A stretch of DNA of 61,816 bases from Rickettsiales bacterium (GTDB lineage: Bacteria; Pseudomonadota; Alphaproteobacteria; Rickettsiales; UBA8987), in assembly GCA_033762595.1 (NCBI GenBank), contig JANRLM010000049.1:1-61816 (forward strand). Direction: 5' to 3'. Made by a program: the position numbers and the translations under genes. Below the pieces are notes generated by a model. That model was not told where the DNA came from, did not search any database, and saw only the letters and a list, made by a program, of their open reading frames with translations. Shown here piece after piece: positions 9,677-20,180 of this stretch. Each line of letters opens with the position of its first letter. Within the stretch, counting starts at the first letter, position 1.

Positions 9677-10450
9677 TCAAATATTTTTGAATAATTCCCG
9701 CACTTTAGCGAGTCTTAACATTTTTGCGTAGGCGTAGATTATGCTGGCAAAATAGCCATCAACGCCGTAAATGAAGTATCTTCTAAGGAAATAGGATTTT
9801 AGGAAAGCAAAAATTGGTTCAAAAATCATTCTTGCGAGAGTTGGAGGTTTTCTGCCAGATTTAACCCAATCTTCAGCTTGTAAAGTGCTGTAGGAGTTGA
9901 TTTTTTCCGCCCAGTGCTTCATAGATTTGAAACATCTATGATATACATATCCTTGCAAAATTCCTAATTTTTCTGAGGGGGTTTTAAGTAGAACTGAATC
10001 GTGAACTTTGCTTGCACTAAAGCCAGCTTTTTCCTTATTATAAAGCCGAACAAAATTGCTGCCGACTGCAAAAATGGGTGGCTTTTCTTGCCCCAGAAAA
10101 AGCATCTGCCAGAACATTTTATAGGCAGGAAATTCCTCAATTTTAGAATTCTGAAATAATTTAATGATGTTTTCTCTTAGAGATTCGCTTAATTCCTCAT
10201 CAGCATCAAGGTTTAATATCCAGTTATTTTTAGTTTGCTCTTCCGCAAAAATTTTCTGCTCGCCGTAACCATTCCAATCTTTATGAAATATTTTGCAGTT
10301 AAATTCTTTAGCGATTTGAAGGGTTTTATCAGTGCTACCACTATCAACCAAGATTATCTCATCAGCGATATTTTGCACTGATTTAAGGGTATAGGGCAGG
10401 CGTTCTTCCTCATTTTTAGTAATAATTGTAACCGAAAGCGGAAGTTTCAT
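9677..10450 (-). CDS. family 2 glycosyltransferase
   Basis: 257 aa. LSVTIITKNEEERL...ILVDSGSTDKT...LDADE is the GT2 (GT-A) signature. Confidence 0.75.
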   Translation of the reverse strand: MKLPLSVTIITKNEEERLPYTLKSVQNIADEIILVDSGSTDKTLQIAKEFNCKIFHKDWNGYGEQKIFAEEQTKNNWILNLDADEELSESLRENIIKLFQNSKIEEFPAYKMFWQMLFLGQEKPPIFAVGSNFVRLYNKEKAGFSASKVHDSVLLKTPSEKLGILQGYVYHRCFKSMKHWAEKINSYSTLQAEDWVKSGRKPPTLARMIFEPIFAFLKSYFLRRYFIYGVDGYFASIIYAYAKMLRLAKVRELFKNI

Positions 10451-10458
10451 AATTCATT

Positions 10459-11202
10459 TTATAAGCCGTATTCACTCGCCATTCTGAGCATTCTAGCTCT
10501 TCTATTAACACTTCTAATAAGTTGCCTTAGCAAAATAAATACTAGCAAAGAATTACAAACATGCCACAAGAAATGCGAGCCAGTTGGAAGAACTGAGCAA
10601 ACGCCCTTATCAATTATACGGAAGAATAAAGAACATATTCCAACAATTGAAGCAAGCAGGAATTGCCTTGCGGAAGCCCGCCTTTTTGAGTTGAGATAAA
10701 TTGCTACAAAAACTAGCGTACCCATTGAGGAAAGATAGGCAACGGAATCATTAAGTGCGTTCGGAAAGTGGCTTATCATAATATGTGTAGAGCCTATAAA
10801 GGCGAGGTAACAGATAGTTATTTGAAACCAATTCAAGCCGACAAGCCTAATCATCACACTAAAAAAGAAGACATTTATAAAAATCACAATAAATAATATA
10901 TCTAGAAGTTCAGTGTAATAGTTAGGCATCATGTGAAATAGCGTGCTTGCAACACCGATGCAGAAGGTTAGAATTGTTAGAATATGAATATCTAAAATTC
11001 TTTTTTGTGAAATTTCTGGATTATAAAAATAATAATGAAAATTTAAGAAGCCAGCGATGAAAAAACAGAGGCTACTAACTACATTCAGGGGTTCTTCCCA
11101 CATTCCGTGGCTGTGCCTTTCGCATACGCCAAATGAATGTGCAAGCGGTGTTGATAGCAAATCCGCAGGTGCATTCATCAATAGATATAACTTATCTGTC
11201 AT
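10459..11202 (-). CDS. ceramidase-family (PF05875-like) multi-pass membrane protein
   Basis: 247 aa with about 7 hydrophobic segments. Motifs CERH..WEEPLNVVSS, FHMMP...LLD and HFLWH resemble the alkaline-ceramidase family pattern. Confidence 0.5.
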   Translation of the reverse strand: MTDKLYLLMNAPADLLSTPLAHSFGVCERHSHGMWEEPLNVVSSLCFFIAGFLNFHYYFYNPEISQKRILDIHILTILTFCIGVASTLFHMMPNYYTELLDILFIVIFINVFFFSVMIRLVGLNWFQITICYLAFIGSTHIMISHFPNALNDSVAYLSSMGTLVFVAIYLNSKRRASARQFLLASIVGICSLFFRIIDKGVCSVLPTGSHFLWHVCNSLLVFILLRQLIRSVNRRARMLRMASEYGL

Positions 11203-11287
11203 TTATTTTTTTAAGATTTATACAATTCTTCAAGCTAATAGTTTCCATTAAAACTATCCATAAAAAACGCTTAAAATCAATATATTA

Positions 11288-12031
11288 CTAGATGTTATTA
11301 AGATTTTCAGATATTTTTACAACATCACCTATTATGATAATTGCAGGGTTTGAGATGTTAGATTCTATAATTTTTTGAGCAATATTTGAGATGTTTCCGT
11401 AAATTATTTTTTCTTCCTTTAGGCTTGCTGATTGAACTGCAGCGACATTTTTATTTTTATCCATTCCAGCTTGCATAAAATTTTCTGCAATAATTTTAAT
11501 ATTCCCAACTGACATATATAAAACTATTGTAACGCTAGCTTTTGCAAGGTATGCATAATCAATTTTGGGTGGATTATCATCATAAGAATGGCCACTTAAA
11601 TATATTACACCATCTGAAATTTCTCTAAAAGTAAGGGGGATATTAAAGCGAGATGCAGAGAGATTTGCGGCGGAAATTCCAGCGATAACTTCAAACTCAA
11701 TATTGGCATTTTTGAGTTCCAGAATTTCCTCGCCTCCACGGCCGAAAATGAAGGGATCTCCCCCTTTCAAGCGAATAACTTTTTTCCCTAAATTAACTTG
11801 ATTAATAATTTCATTATTAATTTCACCTTGCTTCATATGGTGAAATTTTGGCTCTTTACCTGCAAAGATTTTCTCAACATTTGGCGGAATTAAATTGATA
11901 ACATCTTCAGAAATCAACCTGTCATAAATCACAACATCGGGGTAAGAAGTAAGAATTTCAAAGGCTTTGAGAGTAAGATAATCCTTACTTCCAGCCCCCG
12001 CACCAATAATGTAGACTTTATGCTTTTTCAT
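11288..12031 (-). CDS. cobA: uroporphyrinogen-III C-methyltransferase (tetrapyrrole methylase)
   Basis: 247 aa. VYIIGAGAGSKDYLTLKA...VVIYDRL...LKGGDPFIFGRGGEE is the CobA/CysG methylase signature. Confidence 0.8.
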   Translation of the reverse strand: MKKHKVYIIGAGAGSKDYLTLKAFEILTSYPDVVIYDRLISEDVINLIPPNVEKIFAGKEPKFHHMKQGEINNEIINQVNLGKKVIRLKGGDPFIFGRGGEEILELKNANIEFEVIAGISAANLSASRFNIPLTFREISDGVIYLSGHSYDDNPPKIDYAYLAKASVTIVLYMSVGNIKIIAENFMQAGMDKNKNVAAVQSASLKEEKIIYGNISNIAQKIIESNISNPAIIIIGDVVKISENLNNI

Positions 12032-12903
12032 TTTACTTTATAAGGTTTTGGAATTCCATTTATCATAATTGCGGCTTTGCCATCTGAGCAACCGCAGGAG
12101 CGAACATCTCTTGTTCTGCATTCCATTACCGCCTCTGGATTCAAGCATTTCATATATTTTGATGGGTTACCAGTTATTAAAAATTCTGTTGGAATATCCC
12201 TTACCCATTCCTCTGCATCAATGCCTTTTGGTGGGTTTAGCTTGCCAATAGATGCACCTGAAAGAGATGGTTTCCTTGTTTTTATTTTGAGTTTTTTAGC
12301 TTTGCCAGTTTTTTTATCTTGAATCACAACCGCCATATTTTTCTTAATTGGCCTTTTCCTAAAATAATCAACTGGCGCAAGGCAAATTCTATAAACACAA
12401 CGCCAATATCTTTTCAAGCCATCATTGCAAAATTTCTTACTTTTCTCACATTCTTTTGCATCACCGCAATTTAATTTTACGCACGCCTGATATTCGTCAA
12501 GCTCTGGCTTGCAAGCAAGATGGCCTTCCACGCAAGAGGGGTTTGTTTTTGAAAGCTCAGGATCTCTACAGGTTTCATTCATGCAATCCCAATAAAATTC
12601 GGTTTCATTTTTCAAAACTTCACATCTTTTTTTGCCATTATCGCATATTTTTATAATTTCTAATTTAGCTTCCTCTTCATTGATTTCTGGGGTGGTTGAG
12701 ATAGTTTCTTTTTTGTTTTTGGGCAAATTTTTTGCATCATCTTGGAAGCAAATTATTCGCATACATCTGCTATATTTTTCGCCATAATTTTTGAGAGGTT
12801 TGCATCTTTCAACTCCTTTGGCACATATTTTTAACTCTTGAGCATTTACCTCAAGGCAAAAAAATGTTAGAATGAATATAAAAGTTGTAAAATATAATTT
12901 CAT
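12028..12903 (-). CDS. secreted cysteine-rich repeat protein, function unknown
   Basis: 291 aa with a signal peptide MKLYFTTFIFILTFFCLEVNA. About four repeats of a C-x(3)-G-x(2)-(R/A)C-...-C-x(5,6)-C module are present. Its stop overlaps the cobA start (ATGA at 12028-12031). Confidence 0.5.
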   Translation of the reverse strand: MKLYFTTFIFILTFFCLEVNAQELKICAKGVERCKPLKNYGEKYSRCMRIICFQDDAKNLPKNKKETISTTPEINEEEAKLEIIKICDNGKKRCEVLKNETEFYWDCMNETCRDPELSKTNPSCVEGHLACKPELDEYQACVKLNCGDAKECEKSKKFCNDGLKRYWRCVYRICLAPVDYFRKRPIKKNMAVVIQDKKTGKAKKLKIKTRKPSLSGASIGKLNPPKGIDAEEWVRDIPTEFLITGNPSKYMKCLNPEAVMECRTRDVRSCGCSDGKAAIMINGIPKPYKVK

Positions 12904-12944
12904 AGGTTTATTATATAAATAAAATCACAATAAATATATTTATT

Positions 12945-14102
12945 TTGAATCAAAATTCTAAAAAAACTATTTTGCAAGTGCTTCCAGCCTTAAATGATGG
13001 TGGGGTTGAACGTGGTGTTTATGATATATGCAGTTTTGCGGTTAAAACTGGCTTTGAGTATGAAATTCAGGTCGCCTCCTCTGGCGGAAAATTTGTTGAT
13101 AAACTCCGTCAAAAAAACATAAAACATCACAAATTAAATTTGAAAACTAAGAATCCGATTAAAATTATTCTTAACGCCTTTAGATTAGCAAATGTCTGCA
13201 AAGAAAATAATGTTGGCGTGATTCACGCAAGATCTCGTGCACCCGCTTGGAGTGCATTTATTGCCTCAAAAATCGTTGGAGTTCCCTACATAACAACTTT
13301 TCACGGCTTTTATAAATTTCAAAATATTTTCAAGAAATTTTATAATTCCGTAATGGTTTATGGCGATAAAATTATCGCAGTTTCTCACTTTGTGAAGAAT
13401 CATATTCTCACATTCTATAATGTTTCTGAGGAAAAAATTATTACAATTCATCGTGGCGTTGATTTAGATTTTTTTAATCCAGAAAAAATTTTAGCTGATG
13501 AAATTGCTCATTTGAAAGATAAACTTGGCATTACAAATCAAAAAATTATTTTGCTAGTTGGCAGAGTTACTCATTGGAAAGGGCAGGATATCGCAATAAA
13601 AGCGATGAAAAAAGTTAATTCAGATGCAGTTTTGGTTTTAGTGGGTGATGTGAAATCTTCTTCACAAAAATATTATGAAAATCTCAAGCGAATTGTTGTT
13701 GAGAATTCTCTTGAAAATAAGGTGATTTTCGCCGGTTCATCAGATAATCTTCCGCTTTACTATAAAGCCTGTGATGTTGCTCTTAATACCTCTAGGGAAG
13801 CTGAGACATTTGGGCGTGTAACAGCGGAAGCTGGCGCGTTTGGTAAGCCAGTAATTGCAACAGATATTGGCGGTTCACTTGAAATTATTAAGGAAGGCAA
13901 AACCGGCTATTTAGTGCCGATTGAAAACCCAGAAATTCTTGCCAATAAAATTGATGAAGTGTTAGTAATTTTTACTGATAAAAACTTCGCAGAAGAATTT
14001 TCAAAAAACACGATTGAAAGAATCCATCGCAAATTTTCCCTAAAGCAAATGTGTGAGAAAAACTTTGATTTATATAGGGGGATAATCTCAAACAGCCATT
14101 AA
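12945..14102 (+). CDS. GT-B fold glycosyltransferase (family 4)
   Basis: 385 aa with a TTG start. It has the EAETFGRVTAEAGAFGKPVIATDIGGSLEII motif (E-x7-E region). Confidence 0.8.
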   Translation: MNQNSKKTILQVLPALNDGGVERGVYDICSFAVKTGFEYEIQVASSGGKFVDKLRQKNIKHHKLNLKTKNPIKIILNAFRLANVCKENNVGVIHARSRAPAWSAFIASKIVGVPYITTFHGFYKFQNIFKKFYNSVMVYGDKIIAVSHFVKNHILTFYNVSEEKIITIHRGVDLDFFNPEKILADEIAHLKDKLGITNQKIILLVGRVTHWKGQDIAIKAMKKVNSDAVLVLVGDVKSSSQKYYENLKRIVVENSLENKVIFAGSSDNLPLYYKACDVALNTSREAETFGRVTAEAGAFGKPVIATDIGGSLEIIKEGKTGYLVPIENPEILANKIDEVLVIFTDKNFAEEFSKNTIERIHRKFSLKQMCEKNFDLYRGIISNSH

Positions 14103-15599
14103 TTTTCGGCTTCTTTTACGCTCTGCAGAGGTAGGGATATTCATAGCCTCACGATATTTTGCGATTGTTCTTCTTGCAACATCAATACCCTTTTCATTCA
14201 AGATTTTTGCAATATCATCATCAGATAAAATATCTTTTTCTGCTTCAATAATTTCTTTGATTAAATTCTTTACACTCTCAGTTGAAATATCATTTTCAGT
14301 AAAATTTGAGCTAAGTGAGTTAGTGAAAAAATATCTTAACTCCAGAACGCCCCTTGGCGTTGCTATATATTTATTTGCAACAACTCTGCCTATTGTAGTT
14401 TCATGAAGCTCAAGTTTTTCTGCTACTTGTCGCATTGTTAGCGGTTTTAGGAAATTAATTCCTTTATCAAAAAACTCAGTTTGGAATTCAGCAATTTCAG
14501 CACTAACCCTCAAGATTGAATCATATCTTTGGCTTAATGCTCTTAATAAAAAATTAGCGGAATTAATATTTTTATTTAGGAATTGCTTATCATTTTCATT
14601 GATGATTTTATCTTTAGATTTTCTAAAAAAATCTTTTTTAACTTTGAGTTTTGGGATAATATCATAATTAAGTTCAACGCTCCATTTACCAGATTTTTTA
14701 ATCAAATATAAATCAGGGATTTTTGTTTCGGCGTTGACTTCCGCAAAATTGCTAGCTGGACGAGGATTTAGAGCTTTAATTTCTGCAATCATTAATTTCA
14801 AATCTTCATCATCAACTTTGCATAATTTTTTAAGTTTTTGAATTTCCCCTTTTGCTAAAAGTGGTAAATTACCAAGCAGAATTTCCATAGCTGGATCAAG
14901 CCTATCAAGCTCTTTAAGCTGGATTTTTAAGCACTCCTCAAGGCTTCTTGCGAACACGCCGATTGGGTCAAGTTTTTGCAATTCTAAGATAAGATTTTCA
15001 ATTTCACAGATTTCACAATTTAATTTATTTGCAAGCGAGGAAATTTCTTCCTCTAAATTTTCGCCGCTTAAATAGCCTTTTCCATCAAGCATTTCAACAA
15101 GATATGCAGAGATAATTCTTTTCGCTGGATCAAAAAAATCTAAATTAATTTGCTCTAGAAGGTGATCTTTTAGAGTTTTTTCTTCAGAGAAGTTTTTTTC
15201 AATTATTGAAGTTGTATCAGAGTCATTATTATAATTGCCAGCTTCAATTTGGGAAATATCGCCATAATCTTCAACGCTGAAATCATCATTATCTTGGCTT
15301 TGGACTTCGTTATCAAGCCCGCTATCTTCCTTGAAGTTTTCCTCGCTTAGATTTTCATAGGAGTCTTTTTCTTGAGTTTCTTCAAACTCTTCATTCTTGT
15401 TTTCGTCAAGGTTAGCTTCATTTTCAACTATCTCATCATTTTCTTTTTCAAGCAAAGGGTTTTGCTCAAGTTCGGTTTCAATAAACTCATCAAGTTCAAG
15501 CGAAGATAATTGCAAAATCTTCAAAGATTGTTGCATTTGTGGGGTTAAAACAAGCTGTTGGGCTTGCTTTAGAACAAGTGATTGCATTTGACTAGCCAT
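14088..15599 (-). CDS. rpoN: RNA polymerase sigma-54 factor
   Basis: 503 aa. It has an N-terminal Gln/Leu-rich region I (LKQAQQLVLTPQMQQSLKILQ), an acidic linker and a C-terminal RpoN box (ARRTIAKYR). Confidence 0.92.
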   Translation of the reverse strand: MASQMQSLVLKQAQQLVLTPQMQQSLKILQLSSLELDEFIETELEQNPLLEKENDEIVENEANLDENKNEEFEETQEKDSYENLSEENFKEDSGLDNEVQSQDNDDFSVEDYGDISQIEAGNYNNDSDTTSIIEKNFSEEKTLKDHLLEQINLDFFDPAKRIISAYLVEMLDGKGYLSGENLEEEISSLANKLNCEICEIENLILELQKLDPIGVFARSLEECLKIQLKELDRLDPAMEILLGNLPLLAKGEIQKLKKLCKVDDEDLKLMIAEIKALNPRPASNFAEVNAETKIPDLYLIKKSGKWSVELNYDIIPKLKVKKDFFRKSKDKIINENDKQFLNKNINSANFLLRALSQRYDSILRVSAEIAEFQTEFFDKGINFLKPLTMRQVAEKLELHETTIGRVVANKYIATPRGVLELRYFFTNSLSSNFTENDISTESVKNLIKEIIEAEKDILSDDDIAKILNEKGIDVARRTIAKYREAMNIPTSAERKRSRKLMAV

Positions 15600-15650
15600 A
15601 ATTATAATTGTAAGATTTTTTGAATGAAAATCAAGTAAGCATAAATTTTA

Positions 15651-16148
15651 ATGCCAATTTTAGATAAAATTTCAGCGGGAGAATTGAAAAATTCTCGCAA
15701 GGCAGTTCTTGCCTTAGATCTCGGCGAGAAGAAAGTCGGCGTTGCTAAATCTGATGCAACTTGGCTAATTGCAAGCCCCTTGAAGGTTTTAGATAATAAA
15801 AAATTTTCTGTTTTAGCGGAAGAAATCTTCAAATTAATTATTGAAAATGAAATTATTTTAGTGGTAATTGGCTTGCCTTATAACGCTGATGGCTCAACTT
15901 CAAAAAAGCAGCAATCAATAATGCAATTTGGCAGAAATCTTGATAAATTTTATCAAGAAAAAATAATAATGCTTCCAAATAATATTTTGCCTACTAAACT
16001 GAATATTTATTTCCAAGATGAGAGATTTTCAACTCAGATTTCTCATAATCGCTTGCAAGAACTGAATCTAACTGAGGGAATGAAGAAAAAATTTATTGAT
16101 AAACTAGCTGCAGCAGAAATTTTACAAAGATTTTTAGATTTTTTTTAA
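15651..16148 (+). CDS. ruvX: Holliday-junction-resolvase-like putative pre-16S rRNA nuclease YqgF/RuvX
   Basis: 165 aa with the LALDLGEKKVGVAKSD motif. Confidence 0.85.
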   Translation: MPILDKISAGELKNSRKAVLALDLGEKKVGVAKSDATWLIASPLKVLDNKKFSVLAEEIFKLIIENEIILVVIGLPYNADGSTSKKQQSIMQFGRNLDKFYQEKIIMLPNNILPTKLNIYFQDERFSTQISHNRLQELNLTEGMKKKFIDKLAAAEILQRFLDFF

Positions 16149-16151
16149 TTT

Positions 16152-17348
16152 ATGAAATTCCATAAAAATTTAATTGAAGCGATTATAGATTGCCTTGAAG
16201 ATGTTTTTGAAGGCGGTTTTTACGCTGACAAAGTTATTGAAAGAAAATTCAAACAAAATAAGCAATTTGGCTCTCGTGATAGGGCTTTTGTTGCTGAAAA
16301 TTTTTACGATATTGTTAGAAATTTTCGTTTGCTTTATGAAATTTATGAGAAAATTCCAAACAATCGCAAAGCTTGGCAGTTACTGGTTTTAACGCATATT
16401 TATATTAGCAAAAATCAGTTTGTAGATATCCCAGAATATCAAAAAATTGATGTGGATTTTGTTAATAGTAGAATTGTGAAGCTCTCCAAAAACCCTGCGG
16501 TTTCAACTTCATTTCCTGATTGGTTGTATAAATTTTGTGAAAAAAATCTTGGGGGTATTTGGCCGGAAACAGCGATAGAATTAAGCAAAACCGCACCGCT
16601 TGTAATTAGGGCTAATACTCTAAAAATTTCACCTGCAGATTTAATAAATGAATTATCTAAAGAAAATATTAAAGCAAAAATTATTGAAGATGATGCAATA
16701 TTAATTCCAGAAAGGGTAAATCTTTTCAAAACTAATTCTTTTAAATTAGGCTATTTTGAAGTGCAGGATTATTCCTCGCAGCAAGTGGCTAAATCCATAG
16801 ATTTTAAGCCAAATTTAAGGGTTGTTGATGCTTGTGCTGGGGCTGGTGGTAAAACTTTGCATCTTGCAAGTTTGATGAAAAATAAGGGTAAAATTATTGC
16901 CTTAGATGTTGATGAAAGAAAGCTAACGCAACTAAAATTAAGAGCCAGAAGGGCAGGGGCTTGCAACATAGAAATGAAACTTATTGAAGGCACAAAAACT
17001 ATCAAAAGGCTTGAAAATTCAGCCGATATTTTACTTCTTGATGTGCCTTGCAGTGGGCTTGGTGTTTTGAAAAGAAACCCTGATAGTAAATGGAAATTAA
17101 CTTCAGAAAGAATTGCGGAATTAGAAAAAACTCAGCAAGAAATTTTACAAAATTATCATTCGGTTCTTAAGAAAAATGGTTATTTAATTTATTCAACTTG
17201 CTCAATTTTGCCTTCTGAAAATCAATTGCAAATTGAAAAATTTTTAGAGAATAATAAAGATAAATTTGAATTTATTTCGGATAAAAAAATCCTTCCACAA
17301 GATAAAGGCTTTGATGGTTTTTACATCGCAAAGTTAAGGAAATTATAA
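16152..17348 (+). CDS. NOL1/NOP2/Sun-family RNA m5C methyltransferase (RsmB-like)
   Basis: 398 aa with DACAGAGGKT (SAM binding), DVPCSGLG and YSTCS motifs. Confidence 0.8.
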   Translation: MKFHKNLIEAIIDCLEDVFEGGFYADKVIERKFKQNKQFGSRDRAFVAENFYDIVRNFRLLYEIYEKIPNNRKAWQLLVLTHIYISKNQFVDIPEYQKIDVDFVNSRIVKLSKNPAVSTSFPDWLYKFCEKNLGGIWPETAIELSKTAPLVIRANTLKISPADLINELSKENIKAKIIEDDAILIPERVNLFKTNSFKLGYFEVQDYSSQQVAKSIDFKPNLRVVDACAGAGGKTLHLASLMKNKGKIIALDVDERKLTQLKLRARRAGACNIEMKLIEGTKTIKRLENSADILLLDVPCSGLGVLKRNPDSKWKLTSERIAELEKTQQEILQNYHSVLKKNGYLIYSTCSILPSENQLQIEKFLENNKDKFEFISDKKILPQDKGFDGFYIAKLRKL

Positions 17349-18182
17349 AGTTTTAGATTTAATATCCGAAAGATAAATCTCATTTAATTCATTGGTTTTT
17401 TTGTATCCTTTGCCATTTTTGAAAAGGCTTGGTTCAATTATTTCAACCGGATAAACCCCAAGCGTAACATTTGTAATAAAAACTTCATCAGCACCTGATA
17501 AACTTAAATAATTAAAATCACCTTCAATTACTTCAAAAGGCGAGAGTTCAAGAATAATTCTTCTTGTTACGCCTGCTACACAGGGGCTTTTAAGGCTTGG
17601 TGTGTATAATTTATTGCCCTTAAACCAGAAGATATTTGCAGCCCCACACTCACAAATTTTATCATCTATTGAAAGCATTAAACCATCAAAAAAACCTTCT
17701 TTTCTGGCATTTTCTTTAACTAAGCTATAGCTTAGACCATTCATCAATTTTTGGTTACTAGGCAGACATTCAGATGGAATTTTGCGATATTTTGATATTT
17801 TCAATTTCGCACTTTGGCGCTCCATTTTAGGGCGTTCAACAATCTCAATTACAAGTGAAGGCTCAGTTTCGTAAGTAGGCATATAGCCTCGGCTTCCCTC
17901 ACCTCTTGTAATTATAATTCTAACAAAACCATCTTGAATTTGATTAAGATTTATAAGGTTTTCAACCTGGCTTTTAAGTTCAAGAAATGAATAATAAATA
18001 CCTATAGAATTAATCCCCTCCTTCAGCCTTTCCATGTGATAATCAAAATGATAGCAGATTTTATTGTAAAACGGAATTGTTTCAAACACGCCATCACCAA
18101 AGCGAAAACCCCTATCTCGCACAGAAATTTTGGCATTTTCTGCGTCTAATATCTCATTATTTATCAATATCTTAAGGGGCAT
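17343..18182 (-). CDS. class IV aminotransferase (branched-chain/D-amino-acid aminotransferase or ADC-lyase family)
   Basis: 279 aa. RGFRFGDGVFET near the N-terminus, with ...GVTR... and ...EVFITN..., is typical of PLP fold-type IV. Confidence 0.75.
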   Translation of the reverse strand: MPLKILINNEILDAENAKISVRDRGFRFGDGVFETIPFYNKICYHFDYHMERLKEGINSIGIYYSFLELKSQVENLINLNQIQDGFVRIIITRGEGSRGYMPTYETEPSLVIEIVERPKMERQSAKLKISKYRKIPSECLPSNQKLMNGLSYSLVKENARKEGFFDGLMLSIDDKICECGAANIFWFKGNKLYTPSLKSPCVAGVTRRIILELSPFEVIEGDFNYLSLSGADEVFITNVTLGVYPVEIIEPSLFKNGKGYKKTNELNEIYLSDIKSKTL

Positions 18183-18329
18183 ATTTTATATTTTAAGCAA
18201 ATTTATGAATCGCATAATATAAATTAAAAAATATATATAAAGCGATATTTGATTTATAGTATAATCAGGAATTTAGTTGATAAATTTGTGCATAGGTATA
18301 TTACATCTAATTAACAAAATCTCTCTCAA

Positions 18330-20177
18330 ATGTGCGGAATTATTGGTGTTACTGGCAGAATTGATTCTGCTGAAATTGTTGTGGAAGGCTTAAGAAGGCT
18401 TGAATATCGCGGATATGATTCCGCAGGAGTTGCAGTCAGCCAAAATGGGAAAATTTCAAGGGTTCGCTCTGAAGGTAAAATCAAAAACCTTGAAAAAGTT
18501 CTTGGAGTAAATCCGCTTAAATCTCAGCTTGCGATTGGCCATACAAGGTGGGCAACTCACGGCGCTCCATCTGAAAGAAACGCTCACCCGCACGCCACAG
18601 ATAAAGTTGCGGTGGTGCATAATGGAATTATTGAAAATTACCTTCACATCAGGGCGGAGCTTCAAAAATTAGGGGCAGAATTTCATAGCGAAACTGATAC
18701 GGAGATTATTCCGCATTTAATTACAAAATATCTAAATGATGGCAACAGCAAGAAGGAAGCCGTTATCAAGGCGGTGCATCGCTTAGAAGGTGCTTATGCA
18801 CTTGGTATAATTTTTGCTGATGATGATAAAACAATTTTCGCCACAAGGCACGGCGCACCTTTGGTTGTGGGTTACGGCAATTCTGAAAATTATATCGCCT
18901 CTGATGCGTTAGCACTAGCACCACTCACCTCAAAAATTTGTTATCTTGAAGAGGGTGACATTGCAGAAATTACGCCAAAAAATATTATAATTTACAATAG
19001 AAAAGGCGAAGAAGTAGCACGGAAAATCCAGCAATCAAACCTCTCCGCAATAAATATCGGTAAGGAAAATTATCGCCATTTTATGCAGAAGGAAATTTTT
19101 GAGCAGCCAAGCGTTATTGGTGATAATTTCCATGCATATTTTAATGGTGTTCAAAACACAATTTCAATGCCGAATTTACCATTTGATTTATCTGAAATTT
19201 CTGCGGTTACAATAATTGGTTGTGGCACTTCATATTACGCTGGAAAGGTTGCTACATATTGGTTTGAAAGACTTGCAAAAATTCAAGCAACGGCAGAAGT
19301 AGCATCAGAATTTAGATATAGAGAAGCAATTTTACAGAAAAACGGAATGTGTATTTTTCTCTCGCAATCAGGTGAAACGGCGGATACTTTAGCGGCTCTC
19401 AAATATGCAAAATCGCAAGGTCAGAAAACTATTGCGATTGTTAATGTAACACAAAGCTCTATAGCTCGTGAAGCAGATTATGTTCTGCCAATTTATAGTG
19501 GCCCTGAAATAGGCGTTGCATCAACAAAAGCCTTCACAACTCAGCTTTGCACTTTGGCGTTTTTGATGTTGAAAACTGCCAAGAAAAAAAATCCATCACA
19601 GGTTGATTTATATAATAATTCCGCTCGGATAATGCTTGAAATTCCCTCGCTAATTTCACAAATTTTGGAGAGCGATAAACATATAGAAAAAATCGCAGCC
19701 GAGCTTTCTGGCTATCGCGATATTTTATATGTTGGGCGTGGTGTTTCATATCCGATTGCTATGGAAGGTGCGTTAAAACTCAAGGAAATCTCGTATATTC
19801 ATAGTGAAGCAACTGCCGCTGGAGAGTTAAAACACGGGCCTATAGCCCTTATTGATGAAAATGTGCCAGTGGTTGCGATTGCCCCAACTGATGAATTGTT
19901 TGATAAAACCGCCTCAAATATTAGGGAAATTGCCGCAAGGGGCGGAAAAATAATTCTAATCAGCGATAAACTTGGGATTGACAATTTGAAAGATGTTACT
20001 GCTCACGCAATAGAAATGCCAATGATTGATTGTAGCAGAGTAGCTTTCATCTGCCAAATTATTTCTCCAATAATTTATTCAGTGCCAGTGCAGTTGCTTG
20101 CATATTATGTTGCAGTTGCGAAGGGAACAGATGTTGATCAACCCCGCAATCTCGCAAAAAGCGTAACAGTTGAGTAG
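18330..20177 (+). CDS. glmS: glutamine--fructose-6-phosphate aminotransferase
   Basis: 615 aa with N-terminal MCGI, two SIS domains and C-terminal NLAKSVTVE. Confidence 0.95.
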   Translation: MCGIIGVTGRIDSAEIVVEGLRRLEYRGYDSAGVAVSQNGKISRVRSEGKIKNLEKVLGVNPLKSQLAIGHTRWATHGAPSERNAHPHATDKVAVVHNGIIENYLHIRAELQKLGAEFHSETDTEIIPHLITKYLNDGNSKKEAVIKAVHRLEGAYALGIIFADDDKTIFATRHGAPLVVGYGNSENYIASDALALAPLTSKICYLEEGDIAEITPKNIIIYNRKGEEVARKIQQSNLSAINIGKENYRHFMQKEIFEQPSVIGDNFHAYFNGVQNTISMPNLPFDLSEISAVTIIGCGTSYYAGKVATYWFERLAKIQATAEVASEFRYREAILQKNGMCIFLSQSGETADTLAALKYAKSQGQKTIAIVNVTQSSIAREADYVLPIYSGPEIGVASTKAFTTQLCTLAFLMLKTAKKKNPSQVDLYNNSARIMLEIPSLISQILESDKHIEKIAAELSGYRDILYVGRGVSYPIAMEGALKLKEISYIHSEATAAGELKHGPIALIDENVPVVAIAPTDELFDKTASNIREIAARGGKIILISDKLGIDNLKDVTAHAIEMPMIDCSRVAFICQIISPIIYSVPVQLLAYYVAVAKGTDVDQPRNLAKSVTVE

Positions 20178-20180
20178 ATT

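Noticed and set aside
18183-18329. Possible glmS ribozyme or riboswitch in the glmS leader
   Set aside because: The 147-nt leader is extremely AT-rich with no conserved ribozyme core visible. The glmS ribozyme is characteristic of Gram-positive lineages.
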